A stretch of DNA of 62,468 nt, counting the filler, from Chrysochromulina tobinii (lineage: Eukaryota), in NCBI GenBank assembly GCA_001275005.1. It is 3 parts of 3 records of this genome, joined end to end, with 100 filler letters (N's around TTAATTAATTAA, not from the genome) between each part and the next. Parts side by side here need not be neighbours in the genome. Positions count along the whole stretch, not along the records: positions 31,275 to 62,468 come from JWZX01001332.1; 2 more parts are not named here. The stretch is one strand, 5' to 3'. Positions 32,927 to 44,160 of the stretch are shown here, piece by piece. The notes below the pieces were generated by a model. The model did not search any database. It was given only the letters and a program-made list of their open reading frames with translations, and was not told where the DNA came from. Position numbers and translations under genes: made by a program. The first letter of the stretch is position 1, and each line of letters opens with the position of its first letter.

Positions 32927-33819
32927 ACCTCGCCGCAACATGTACACAAGCGGCGCTGCGACCTTGGGTGATTCGGTTTCGCCCCTCAGATCTCTAGCGA
33001 TACGCCTTCGAGTTACGCCGGGGAGGGCAGTTCCGAGACGGCGGACGTTCGTGACGGCGTGCGACACTGCGCATTACTCCAGTACCGCTACAACGCGTAA
33101 TTCAAACGTTATTTCCAGCGCTCCCGGCGCACGAGTCGAAGACCGGGGCGGAGGTGCGCAGGTGGGTCCCGCGGCGCGGCCGCGCGGCGAGCGCCCGCGG
33201 CCGCGCGAGGCCGAGCCTTCGGACGATCGGACCGCGTACCGTAGTCTAGCCGCGGTACGCGCAAAGTACCGCACATCCACAGTTAAGTGGCTCCGTGGAT
33301 ACCGCCAGTAATAAGTTTGCCTTTGAGAGTTTGCCTCGGCGTTCGTTACATGATTTTCGATGTGTATGGTCTATGGACGCCAACCGCAGGCGCAGCGTTT
33401 TGCGTATATGACGAGCTATCGCGCGGCGGGGGACGCCAACCGCAGACCGCCGGCGCCGCGCCGCCCGGCGGGAACATACAATCTGTGCGCCGCGGGCGCC
33501 ACGGCCGGGCCACCCAAGCATGCAAGTACAAATATCTGAGTCTGCGTCTTCGACTGCGTCTGTCCGGACTGTCCCGGCTCGTCATCAGCGGTGTCCGCAT
33601 CGCGCGGGCATGGCCATAGGCATTCGATCCCTCTCCCGGTGCCAACACACAGACCTGCAGTAACCTGCCCCGTCGCCACTTGTGATACGAAGTCTCGCTG
33701 GCCGCCAATAGGCCACCCTCCTCCCCCATTGACTCCCCCATGGGCTCCCCGCATGGAACTCCGCCATCACGCCCTTCCACTGCGCGCCTCCCTCACGCCA
33801 CCCTCATGCTGTGCGCCTC

Positions 33820-35598
33820 TCATTTGGAAGCCGGCGGCGGCGGTGGCGGGCTGGTGCTGCTCAGCTTGATGCCGCGTGGCAGCCACTGGTTGGCTGACAC
33901 GCTGCCGCCGCCGCGGCTGCTGCTGCTGCCGATGCCGATGCTCTGCTTGGCCTCGCCCACCGTCTTGGGCAACTCGGGTGAAGAAGGCGGCGCCTGTCGG
34001 ACGGCGGCAGGCACAGCAGGCGGCGGTACAGCGGGAGGCGGGGCAGGCGGCGGCGCGACGGCGGCGGCGGGCGGCGACGAGAGGCCGCGCGGCGGCGGCG
34101 AGCTCGGCACCGCGGGCGCGGGCGCCGCGGGCGATGGGGCCGCCGCGCCGCTGTCTGGTCGTCCGCTGTCTGGTCGTCGCATTCGGTCGGCAAGGCTCAC
34201 ATCGTGGCGACCGCTCGGCAGAGGGCGCACCGATGTTGGCGCCGCCTTGGTCCCCACAGCCCCCACATTCGTCTTGGTCCCCACCTTGGCAGCGGCGGCC
34301 GCGGCCGCGAGCGAATTCGGCCGTGGCAGGGTCGCCGCACGGAGCGACGATGGCGCCGGAGGCGGCGGGGGTACGCGACCAGCCTTGGGGGGTGCGCGAT
34401 TGCCCGGTCGGAAGGTGAAGTAGGACGACGGCGGGGCGGCGTCGGTGGCGTTGGGGCGAAGGGCAGCTTTGAGGTCCGGTGACAGGCTGCTCGGGCTGCG
34501 GTTGGCGAGGGGGCGCGTGCTCACGGGGGCGCCCGAGGCGGCGCTCAGCACACGCGCTTTGAGCGCCGTACTGAGCGGCTGCGACGCGGCCGCCGACGAG
34601 GAGCGAGCATTGCCTATCTGATCCTTGCGCTTGTCCTCGAAGACCTTCCGGAGTGCCTCCTCCTGGCGCGCCTGGAGCATCTCCGACTTGGCCTGCTCCA
34701 CCTTCCTGGAGGCGGCCGCCGCTGCCGACGAGCGCTTAAGCATCTGCTCCACCGCCAGCTGCCGCCCCACCTCACGAGGATCCATCTCCTCCTCGGGCGC
34801 GAGCGCTACCGCCGGCGAAGGCGCGGCGGCGGCGGCGGATACTCCGCGGCCGCCAAAGTTGTACGCGAAGCGGGGAGAGGCGGGCGCGGGCGCGGGCGGC
34901 GCGTACGCGGGCGTTGGCTCGGGCGCCTCGTATGGAGGTGGCAGATAGCGTGGTGACGCGCCTTCCGCCACGGGCTTCAGACGCGAAGTGAGCTCGGCCA
35001 CCAAGAGGAGCGACTCGCCGAGTCGCGTGAGCAGCCACACCAGCAGGGACACCTGCGCTCGCATCGGGGCACATCGGGGCTCACTGCTCGGTTCGCGGCG
35101 CGCTGCGGGAAAGCGGCAAGAGGCGGCTCGCCACTTACCAGCGAGGCGACGGCGTAGGCGACGGCGATCCCGACGGTGATGGCACAGCGCACAGTGAGCC
35201 GCGCGGTGCTCACCGCCGTGCTTTTGGCGGTGTCGACCACCTTTTTGCGGTCGACGCCGCGACGGCTGAGCTCCTTGGTTAACTTGAATGCAAAAAGGCC
35301 CGCCACGCTCGACGAGAGGGTCGCGATGAGCCCCGTCATTGAGAGGAGGTTGGCGCTCGCCATGATCGTCACGAGCAGCCCAAAGGCACTGAGGCCAAGT
35401 GCGCCCGGGCCTGACAGCAGCGCAAGCGCAGGGAGCACGGGTCAGCAACGTGACTTGTGCACAGTCATCGTGGGGCGCCATCGCAATGACAGACATGGCG
35501 CGCATACACACAAACGCACCTGCTCGCGGTCCGTTGGGATAGTCACCGGCCACGGGCGCATCATACGAACCACTCTGCTGCGCTCTCACGGGAGCCAC
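33820..35598 (-). CDS. Spliced hypothetical membrane protein with a long Pro/Ala-rich C-terminus
   Basis: A hydrophobic exon (GLSAFGLLVTIMASANLL..VGIAVAYAVASL) can splice at GTAAGT..CAG to VSLLVWLLTRL.. in the 592-aa ORF; start not determined. Confidence 0.5.
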   Translation of the reverse strand: MAPVRAQQSGSYDAPVAGDYPNGPRAGAFVCMRAMSVIAMAPHDDCAQVTLLTRAPCACAAVRPGRTWPQCLWAARDDHGERQPPLNDGAHRDPLVERGGPFCIQVNQGAQPSRRRPQKGGRHRQKHGGEHRAAHCALCHHRRDRRRLRRRLAGKWRAASCRFPAARREPSSEPRCAPMRAQVSLLVWLLTRLGESLLLVAELTSRLKPVAEGASPRYLPPPYEAPEPTPAYAPPAPAPASPRFAYNFGGRGVSAAAAAPSPAVALAPEEEMDPREVGRQLAVEQMLKRSSAAAAASRKVEQAKSEMLQARQEEALRKVFEDKRKDQIGNARSSSAAASQPLSTALKARVLSAASGAPVSTRPLANRSPSSLSPDLKAALRPNATDAAPPSSYFTFRPGNRAPPKAGRVPPPPPAPSSLRAATLPRPNSLAAAAAAAKVGTKTNVGAVGTKAAPTSVRPLPSGRHDVSLADRMRRPDSGRPDSGAAAPSPAAPAPAVPSSPPPRGLSSPPAAAVAPPPAPPPAVPPPAVPAAVRQAPPSSPELPKTVGEAKQSIGIGSSSSRGGGSVSANQWLPRGIKLSSTSPPPPPPASK

Positions 35599-35970
35599 GC
35601 GTTGCGAGAGTCCCGGCCGAATCGCGCTGTACGAGAGTGGCGAGGCAGGACGGAGCAGTAATTGCGTCCTCAGGTAGCCTGCTCAGCACACGAACGAGAG
35701 CGTGCGTTGATCAAGGCGATGTTGGTGCGCACTAGCGGGCACACGGCGACCGTTTGAGAGCTCCGGCGCACCATGTACGGGAGCCGAGGCGATCGCAATC
35801 CAAGCCACCGTTTGCATGTTCCACTGCCACCGAGGCGCCACTTCATCTGCAGGTGAGCTGCGGACTTTGCCAGGGCACTGTTTTTCTCATTGAGGATCAT
35901 TGGCGTGCCGTGCAATCTTTGATGATGACGTTTTCCATTGACGGCGAAGCACATCTTCGCATCTTCCGCA

Positions 35971-37869
35971 ATGGAACACGTTGCGGCTACTCGCCAAGCG
36001 GCCGGTCGGTGCGCCGCCGCGCGCGCGCCGTCCGAGACGCATCCTGCTGCCGACACAAATCAGAGCAGCAAGGAGCCGCCAGAGTCGCTAGAGATGGCGC
36101 AGATCGCCGCCCTACACACGTATCGCCGAAGGTTGGAAGATCAATTGAGACTCCTGCAACACAAACGCCAGGAAGAGGCGCGCAGCGCTGGCGAAGAGTT
36201 GGCGTCGCTGGAGCAGGCGCGCCTGAGCGACCAGAAGGAGTACGAGGAGCAGATTGCCGCCCTTCGCGCCGACAACGCGCTGCTCACCGCGGCAACGGTG
36301 CGAATGCATGAGCAGTGGTCACGCGATGCTGTTGAGCTGGAGGCGCTGCGTGAAGAGATGCGGGCGATGGACGCGGAGATGGTCGCGACGCGCGCTGAAT
36401 CGCATCGCTTGCTCCAGTCGGGCGTGGGTTTGGCCGAGGGCCGCTACCGGCTGGCAGAGCGGCGGCACGCCGTGGACGAGCACCTGCTCGCATGTGAGCT
36501 GGCGGCCCTGGAGGAGGCTGGCACGACGCAGCGAGTGGAGGGTCAGTTGCAGCACCTGCGCCTGCTTGCGGACGCGCACTGCGTCGGCCGCGAGGTTGAG
36601 CAGATGGAGATGCACGCGCAGAGCTCCGCGGCCGCGGCGTCGCGGCGCGAGGACGAGGAACGCTGCGTTCGAGAGGCGGCAGCGAGCAGTAGCGCGGCTG
36701 CCCTCGCGACCCTCGCGGCGACGGTGGCGGAGCAAAGCGCGGCGCTTGAGCAGGTGCTGGACGCGCTGCGCACGTGGGAGGCGTGCGACGCGGCCGAGCG
36801 CGCACATGCCCTCCTGTCCGCCGACCGCCTCGACGCCACGTCGCGCACGCTCGATGCGGCGCTCTCTGAGCTGTCTCTCGTTGCTGAGCAGCCAAGCCCT
36901 GAGGTGCGACTGCCCACGAGCGCCACAAAGCGCCTCGTGCGCTCGCGCTCCTTTAGTGGCCTCGACTACCCCGTGCCCGAGCAGTCCTGGGCACGCTCGC
37001 CCTCCGTGGCGAGCAGCGCACTCGGCGGCATGTGGAGCCCATGGCACCCAGGTGCATCGGGGTTGCCCCTTCTCGACACCGACGCGCCGGGCTCGCTGTT
37101 CGGCGCCTCCGAGCAGGACGGCGAGGGCGGCTTCTTGACCGGCGTCGAGGGCGACATCGAAGACCTCGGCCCGCGCCAAGACCTCAGGGCCCAAGACCTC
37201 GGTGTACCTCTCGGCACGGGAGGTGGTCGGCAGCCCTCTGTGGAAGAGGATGGCGTCGCGGCGGCCATCTCGGCGAGCGTTGATCGCTCTGTGCGCCGGC
37301 AGGCGGCAGAGCGCGATAGGCTTGATTGGCTCTCCTCGCCACGCTCGACACAGCGCTCGACACCTCCCGGGGGTGGGCGCAGCCGCCCGACCATCTCGCC
37401 GGCCGACTCGGCGAACCATCTCGCATCGCCCGTGCTCGCAAAGCCGGCCGGCGCCGCGAGTGTGAATGTGAATGCGAGTGCCGCCACGGCCGTCGCTCCC
37501 GCTACCAGCGGCGACGAGCACTCAGCCACCACCTGCGCGATCGGGGTGCTCGAGACGCCGGCAGTAGCCGCTGACCTATCGACGTGGCGGCGTGGCGGCG
37601 TCACCCGATTCCCATGCCTGAGCGGCATGCCCTCGCCCGGGATGCCCTCGACTAGGCCCGTCATGCCCTCGAGCGCCGCGCGATCCGCGGCGGCCAGACG
37701 CGAGCGCGACGAGCGCCGGCTGTCCGATCCCCCGCTGCAATGTATGCGATCAGCATCCACATGCATAGGATCGCTCGCCTGTCGCCCGCGTGCTATCTGT
37801 CACCCTCCCCTGCCACCCCCTTCCAACCCTTCCAAGGCCGAGCATGCCCGTGCGTCGTCCCCGCACTGA
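35971..37869 (+). CDS. Hypothetical coiled-coil protein
   Basis: Long ORF with a heptad-like E/A/R/L-rich N-terminal half and a disordered C-terminus. Confidence 0.55.
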   Translation: MEHVAATRQAAGRCAAARAPSETHPAADTNQSSKEPPESLEMAQIAALHTYRRRLEDQLRLLQHKRQEEARSAGEELASLEQARLSDQKEYEEQIAALRADNALLTAATVRMHEQWSRDAVELEALREEMRAMDAEMVATRAESHRLLQSGVGLAEGRYRLAERRHAVDEHLLACELAALEEAGTTQRVEGQLQHLRLLADAHCVGREVEQMEMHAQSSAAAASRREDEERCVREAAASSSAAALATLAATVAEQSAALEQVLDALRTWEACDAAERAHALLSADRLDATSRTLDAALSELSLVAEQPSPEVRLPTSATKRLVRSRSFSGLDYPVPEQSWARSPSVASSALGGMWSPWHPGASGLPLLDTDAPGSLFGASEQDGEGGFLTGVEGDIEDLGPRQDLRAQDLGVPLGTGGGRQPSVEEDGVAAAISASVDRSVRRQAAERDRLDWLSSPRSTQRSTPPGGGRSRPTISPADSANHLASPVLAKPAGAASVNVNASAATAVAPATSGDEHSATTCAIGVLETPAVAADLSTWRRGGVTRFPCLSGMPSPGMPSTRPVMPSSAARSAAARRERDERRLSDPPLQCMRSASTCIGSLACRPRAICHPPLPPPSNPSKAEHARASSPH

Positions 37870-38863
37870 CGCCCCTTGGCCACACTCGAGTCTCACATTC
37901 ACATTCACACTCGAGTCTCGCTCGTGGGCAGTGCACCGCTGCGCTGGTCCGCCCGAGGTGCTCGCCGGTGCGGGCGCCGTTGTCGTAATAAAGCCGTCGC
38001 AGCGGTCTACCGCCGTGAACATCGCCGCCGCCGCCGCCGCCGCCGTCATCACCACCGCCACCGCCGCCGCCGCTGCCACTGAGGCGCCCATGCTGCAAGT
38101 GCCACAGTGCATACTGGCTCCTGTCGCCTGGTCACCCGGCGCGTATCCGATGGGGCTGCCCGTGAGCTCCTTGGCAAGTGCCTCCATCCCGTGAGACTTC
38201 CGAGAGACTTTCGAGAGACTCAAGAACGATCGGTGCTCGCTGGAGCTGTGTGCTGCCGCCTGGCTGCCCCGTGCCGACGTGGGCGACGCCCATACTGGCT
38301 CAAGCCATTTTCGATTTCGTTGCAGCTACGCACATCGCTCTCGAGCGGGCAAGCACGAACGGGAAACTACGAAAGCGCTCGCTCGCGCGGGCTGGCACGA
38401 AGCATGCTTCAAGGCGCATCCTTCTAGATCATCCTCTGGGCTCAGGATAGGGACGAGTGGCAAGACTTTGGTGTGGAGCGCTGTCGCCGCCGGCGTACTT
38501 CTACACACTCCACCTCAGCTGTTTACAGTCGAGTCAATCAATTGCTCTTAGGTGGTCAACAGAGATCAGACTTCAGAGTCCCTAATATCCCAGCCCACTC
38601 CCTATCACTCACAGCTTGCACTCGCCACTCGGCACTCTAGTACTGCACACCCGGATCGACTTTTTCCGAGTGTAATCTGTAAAAGACCGAACGGCCGAAG
38701 TACGGCCCAGTTTACCGGATATTAATTATTATAGTTCACGCCGGAGCGCTCCGCAAGAGACGCGTTTGTCACTCTCTATTCGCGGCCCTGCTCCAAACGA
38801 GAAGCTGTCTGTACCCGACTCTCGTGCACAATGCTCAATGGTATCCTAATGGTATCCGTGATT

Positions 38864-40390
38864 TCAACTCGTACTCGGCGTCCGCCCCTGAGTCTGCCCC
38901 CGCTCGCCCGCCAAGGCTGAAGCTCTGTCGCCTAGAGCTCGTGGTGGCCACGCCGTGTCGCTCACGTTGCATATGCCATGTGCCTGATAATCGGCGAGCG
39001 CGGCCTTAGAGTAGCACGTTCGCAGCATCTCGTTGAGCAAATTGCTACCGACACGGCTATTAGGCACGTCGTAAAGCACATCGGCGCGGTGGCGCTCGAG
39101 GGCGCTCTGGTACCGCTTGATCTCCGTCGCGTTGATGCGCCGTAGCCGCTGGAGAAGTGTGGTTGCGTCATCCCACTCGGCAGCGCTCAACGATATCCAA
39201 AATTGATCATAGCGGAGTAGGTGCTCAAAGGCGACGGGGTGTGGCGCGCCTCTACACGCCACGACGGGGATGCAGCCGGCTGCGACAGCGCTATAAAAGC
39301 GCCCGGCGACGCACGTGTCTCCGGCGGGCGTGAAGCAGAAGACCGAGGAGGCCATGATGCGCGCGTCTGTGCGGATGGCCTCCTGGCCCACGGCGGCTTC
39401 GCGCCACGATTCTCCAAGTCGCCGGCCATGGGAGCTCGCATCGTCACCTTCCTTGTCGCCATCATCTCCCGCGGCGGATATAAGAGCTGCTTCGGCGGGG
39501 GCTGTCAATCGTGGACGCGATGAAAGGTACGCGATGGCGAGTTGCCGATGCAGAGCTCGCGATGTTTCGGCACCCTCCTCAGAAGGTTCTGCCCCCGTTG
39601 GTGCCGATGCTGCCCGACGGCGTGCGAGCTCTTCGCCAAGCCGTTGCAGCGCCTTTTCGGTGCACGCACCCGACATCGTCCTTGTTGCGTTGGCAGGTAG
39701 CGACGGGCGAATCAGCACGTCGGGCTGATTTAAACCAGCCATGACGTAGTCGCCGAGCCGACATCGTATGGCTGTGCCCGTGCAGCAAACGTCAAATGAG
39801 CCGGAGAATGAGACGAGCAGTGGCCGACGCGTGCGCCGCCTGGCTTGCGTGATGGTGTGTGGATTGATGGCATAGGGTGCATGGACTGTGCACGACGCGA
39901 GCGCCGAGCTGCGTCGCGTGCATGCGTGGGCGCAAAACTGCTTGTAACGCCCTGCGACACCGCACGCGAGTGGCGCCGCCAGCTCGAAAAGCTGCGAACG
40001 GAAGGATGTTTTCGCGGTGCTCCAAGTGGTGCTCACGAAAAAGTGATCACGCCCACGAAAGCGCTGCCACTGTGGCGAGGTGCTGAGTGTCGCGGCCGCG
40101 GCTGCCATTCGCTGCCGGTGGCCCGTGCTGTTCCTGCATGGCGATGAGACCCACTTGCTCACGTACGTGAACACGGGCACGAAGAACAGCAAAGCCTGCT
40201 GCGGATCCAGGACCCGGAGTGGATGCCGCCTGAACACTTTTGCGGCACCCACCTCTGCGGTGTTTTGCATACGCACGCCACTGCGCACCTCGTGAAACCC
40301 ACGGCACGCAGAGAGCCACGAGTGATCCAGCGAAGGGTCCTCGTACATGAAGAACGGCACTCCACCCGCATCGGCATTTGCCATGTTCAT
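38864..40390 (-). CDS. Exostosin-family glycosyltransferase (GT47)
   Basis: DPQQALLFFVPV, WQRFRGRDHFFV, MASSVFCFTPAGD, RFYSAVAAGCIPVV; may have an upstream exon. Confidence 0.88.
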   Translation of the reverse strand: MNMANADAGGVPFFMYEDPSLDHSWLSACRGFHEVRSGVRMQNTAEVGAAKVFRRHPLRVLDPQQALLFFVPVFTYVSKWVSSPCRNSTGHRQRMAAAAATLSTSPQWQRFRGRDHFFVSTTWSTAKTSFRSQLFELAAPLACGVAGRYKQFCAHACTRRSSALASCTVHAPYAINPHTITQARRRTRRPLLVSFSGSFDVCCTGTAIRCRLGDYVMAGLNQPDVLIRPSLPANATRTMSGACTEKALQRLGEELARRRAASAPTGAEPSEEGAETSRALHRQLAIAYLSSRPRLTAPAEAALISAAGDDGDKEGDDASSHGRRLGESWREAAVGQEAIRTDARIMASSVFCFTPAGDTCVAGRFYSAVAAGCIPVVACRGAPHPVAFEHLLRYDQFWISLSAAEWDDATTLLQRLRRINATEIKRYQSALERHRADVLYDVPNSRVGSNLLNEMLRTCYSKAALADYQAHGICNVSDTAWPPRALGDRASALAGERGQTQGRTPSTS

Positions 40391-41039
40391 CGTCACGCGT
40401 GAAGACAGTACCGGGTACAGGACTACTGTAGAGGGTACTCGGATTGCGGCTGATCGCGCTGTGCGTCCGTATGAAAGTTTTCATTTGAAATACTGCGACA
40501 ATTGACAAGTTCTGAAAGGCACGTGTTCATGTGAAAGACTTCGTCAGATTTAGATCCGTCCTGCAGGTGCGGATCGAGCTCGGGGTGGCCCAGGCAGGCG
40601 CGCGTGTTTTTCTCGTAAATGTACAAGTACACGGCGATCATACGGCGCCAGCCGGGCGGGTACGGGCTAAAGTGTGCCAAACGCACAGGCGGCTCGCTCT
40701 TTATGACCGACACCTGCGCCTCTAACGTCGCCACCTTCATTGAGAAGCGCTGGCCACGGCATGTGCGTGAGGCCCTGCTGTGTGCGCGATGGCCTCGGGA
40801 GCCGTGCCATGCCTCGTTGCGCGTTCACCCCCGTCCGCCATGCTCGCACCCGCCTGCCCCGCCGCTGACGCGCGTCGCGCTCGCACTCGCTCGCTTTCAC
40901 GTGATATGCTCGGTGGCCCTCGCCGTGTCCCCATCGTGCTCGCGCCCACCTGCCCCGTCGCTGACGCGTGTCGCGCTCGCGCTCTTACGTGCTGTGCTCA
41001 CAGTTCACATCCTTCCTGTGCTTCGGCCGCTCGCTGCGC

Positions 41040-43232
41040 ATGGAAAGGGCTGCGAATTCGGCGATTCTGGCCGTTCCGCACCGGCGCTCATCGCAGCTTG
41101 CCTTCCGTGGCATCCCATCCAAGGGCGCCACCGGCAACGCCGAGGCCACGCTCCGACTCTACGGTGGCGGCACCGCCCGTGACACATTGCTCTCTCAGCA
41201 GCCGGCGCCCAAGCCGTTCTCGCCAGAGGAGCCAGCGCCAGCGCCGTATGGCGCGCCCGCCGTGGCCGGGCCTGCGCCTGCCGCGCCCAAGTTCAACCTG
41301 CACCAGCTACGCCTCAAGCACGCGCGCGAGCAACCGATCAGCATGGTGACCGCCTATGACTACCCGAGCGCGCGCATCGCCGACGGCGCGGGCGTGGACA
41401 TGCTGCTCGTGGGGGACTCGGTGGGCATGGTGGTGCTCGGGCGCAAGGACACGACCGAGGTAACTATGGACGAGATGGTGCACCACTGCCGCGCCGCGGC
41501 CACGGGCACGAGCCGCGCGCTGCTCGTAGGCGACCTCCCCTTTGGCTCGTACCTCACGGCGGAGGATGCGGCGCGCAACGGCGTGCGGCTTGTCAAGGAG
41601 GGGCGAGCGGACGCGGTCAAGCTCGAGGGAGGTGGGCGTGTGGTGCCGCAGGTTCGCTCGCTCGTCGATGCGGGAGTCGCCGTCATGGGCCATATCGGCC
41701 TCACGCCACAGTCGTACGCGGCCCTCGGCGGCTACCGCGTGCAAGGGCGCACGGGCGCCGAGGCGGCGCGCCTGTTCGAGGACGCACTCGCGCTGCAGGC
41801 GGCGGGGTGCTTCGCGATCGTGCTCGAGATGGTGCCCGCCGAAGTCGCCCAGCGCATCACGAGTCTGCTCGCCATCCCCACGATCGGCATCGGCGCGGGC
41901 GGCGGTACCTCGGGCCAGGTGCAAGTCTTCCACGACCTCCTCGGGCTGTACGACCAAAAGGTGCCAAAGTTCGTGCGCCAGTTCAGCAAGCTCGAGCAGC
42001 CGATGCGTGACGCCCTCGCCCAGTATGTGCACGCTGTCGACGCGCGCGCCTTCCCACAGCCACGCCACACCTTCCCCATCAGCCACGAGCACCTCGGCGA
42101 CTTTTGCCGCCGCGTCGGCCTGCCGCCGCCGCAGACGCCACCGCCGCCGCCGCCGGTGGCCAACAATGTCGTCGCCGATGGCCTTCGGGACGGCGCCCGG
42201 GATGGCGCCGCCCCCATCGTCGACGCACATGCCGTCTCGATCAGCACCAATGGCCTCACCCCAACCAACACCGCTGCGGCGGCGTCTACCCCGGGTCGCG
42301 CGGCGGTTGCGCTCGCGGGCGTGGGCGCGGACGGGCGCACGGCGCCCCAAGTCGTGAGCACGATCGCCGAGTGGCGCGCACTGCAAGCGCGCGGCGTCGT
42401 GCCACGCGGCGCTCTGGGCTTCGTACCCACGATGGGGGCATTGCATGAGGGACACCTGAGCCTTGTGAGACTTGCGCGCGAGCGGCACGAGCGCGTGGCC
42501 GTCTCCATCTTCGTCAACCCGAAGCAGTTCGCGGCACATGAGGACCTGGGCAAGTACCCACGCACCTTCGAGGCGGACCTCGAGGCGCTCTCGCGCGCCG
42601 GCGGCGTCGACTTCGTCTTCGCGCCGCGCGCCGAAGAAATGTACCCTCGCGGGCCGCGAGGCGCACGCCTCGCGCCGTTTGTCGACCTCGAGGGCGCGGA
42701 CGTGGTCGGCGAGGGGGCGGCGCGCCCGGGCTTCTTCCGCGGCGTGGCGACGGTCGTGACCAAGCTGCTGAACATCACGCAGCCCCGGGCCATGTACCTC
42801 GGCCAGAAGGACGGCATGCAGTGCATCGTGCTCCAGCGCCTCGTGCGCGACCTCGACTTCGACGTGGAGGTCGTGGTGGGACCGACTGTACGTGCGCCCG
42901 ACGGCCTCGCCCTCTCGAGCCGCAATGTGTACCTGTCCGCCGAGGAGCGCGCGGCGGCGCCCGCCGTGTACGCCGCCCTGACTGCCGTCGCCGACGCGTA
43001 TGCCCAAGGCGAGCGCTCGGCAGCTAGGCTGCGCGCGCGCGCCGCGGCCGTCATCGGGGCGCAGCCTCTGATGGCCCTCGACTACCTGAGCCTCGCGAGC
43101 ATGCAAGATGGCCAAGAGCTCGAGGGACTGCTGGGCGGCAGCACGGGCGGCGAAGACGCCGCCGGCGTGCTCGCGGCGATCGCGGTGCGCCTTGGCAACA
43201 CGCGCCTCATCGACAACGTGGTGCTCGCGTGA
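41040..43232 (+). CDS. panB-panC: Fused ketopantoate hydroxymethyltransferase (PanB) and pantoate-beta-alanine ligase (PanC)
   Basis: PanB: MVTAYDYPSA, LLVGDSVGM, GDLPFGSY, VKLEGG, GHIGLTPQ, PTIGIGAG; Pro/Ala linker; PanC: GFVPTMGALHEGH, SIFVNPKQF, RPGFFRGVATVVTKL, GQKD, DGLALSSRN, TRLIDN; uninterrupted ORF, exact start uncertain. Confidence 0.92.
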   Translation: MERAANSAILAVPHRRSSQLAFRGIPSKGATGNAEATLRLYGGGTARDTLLSQQPAPKPFSPEEPAPAPYGAPAVAGPAPAAPKFNLHQLRLKHAREQPISMVTAYDYPSARIADGAGVDMLLVGDSVGMVVLGRKDTTEVTMDEMVHHCRAAATGTSRALLVGDLPFGSYLTAEDAARNGVRLVKEGRADAVKLEGGGRVVPQVRSLVDAGVAVMGHIGLTPQSYAALGGYRVQGRTGAEAARLFEDALALQAAGCFAIVLEMVPAEVAQRITSLLAIPTIGIGAGGGTSGQVQVFHDLLGLYDQKVPKFVRQFSKLEQPMRDALAQYVHAVDARAFPQPRHTFPISHEHLGDFCRRVGLPPPQTPPPPPPVANNVVADGLRDGARDGAAPIVDAHAVSISTNGLTPTNTAAAASTPGRAAVALAGVGADGRTAPQVVSTIAEWRALQARGVVPRGALGFVPTMGALHEGHLSLVRLARERHERVAVSIFVNPKQFAAHEDLGKYPRTFEADLEALSRAGGVDFVFAPRAEEMYPRGPRGARLAPFVDLEGADVVGEGAARPGFFRGVATVVTKLLNITQPRAMYLGQKDGMQCIVLQRLVRDLDFDVEVVVGPTVRAPDGLALSSRNVYLSAEERAAAPAVYAALTAVADAYAQGERSAARLRARAAAVIGAQPLMALDYLSLASMQDGQELEGLLGGSTGGEDAAGVLAAIAVRLGNTRLIDNVVLA

Positions 43233-44160
43233 GGTGGGCGAGGCAAGGCAGCACCCCCTCGGCAGCACCCCCTCGGCAGAATGGCGACATTAAGGCGACA
43301 CGCATGGCCGAAGTCAGCCGAGAGCATCGAGCATGGGCAGGTGCAGTGGAGGTGAAGCGCGGGTCGGCGCCCGGCGGGTCAGGAAGACGACCTGCCAGCG
43401 GCGACTGGAAAAAAAGGGACCGTCGTGGTACCAAATGTTACCAAATGTATCCCCATCGACCGGAAAAGCGGATTGGTGATAACGTTAGTGATAACGTTTT
43501 AACGATCGTACTTCGTTAGCGGGCGATCCGCGTGTCCGATCTCGCATCTCCGCGGATGAACTCCCCGATCCCGCTACTGCGCACACGAAACCGGTTGACG
43601 GACGACGAACCGGCTGCTATCGACCGCGGGTAATACCGAAGTTGAGGAAACTGTACCGCGCACAGGCGTGGGGCTGTCGAACGACGTGCCGATGGGGCTG
43701 CGCGACGCCGACGGCCGTGGCCGCGGCGGCGGCGTGACACGTACAGCATCATCGAGCGTCATCAAGGGGACTCCAAGTCCAACTCGGAGGTCGACCCCGC
43801 ACATATTGCCTAATCAGCTGTACGCCTGGACCGTCACGCGCATCACAGGAACCACAATGTCATCTCGCATGGAGCCGCGTCCCAATTCCCTCGGTGCACC
43901 CGGCTGTACTCCTGGCGCTCCCCACCACCACAGGCCTTCTGAGAGGTCATCGGCTTGATCGCACCGGCGCGAATACTCCACCACAGCCGCTCGAGCCCGC
44001 TTTCAAATAGAGTTAAAAGCGGCGCCTGAGATGGGCGTGCACATGGCGCAGAGCCTCCGAGGCTGCTGCCGCTGCTGGGACAAGTCGGCATCGGACAAGT
44101 CGGCAACTCCTTGCCCCCCATGCCTCGCCCCGCATGCCTTGCCACCAATCGGGCGGGACG

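Noticed and set aside
40841..40984. Imperfect 48-nt direct repeat upstream of panB-panC
   Set aside because: Probably an intronic or UTR duplication; no stereotyped filler and no confident exon model
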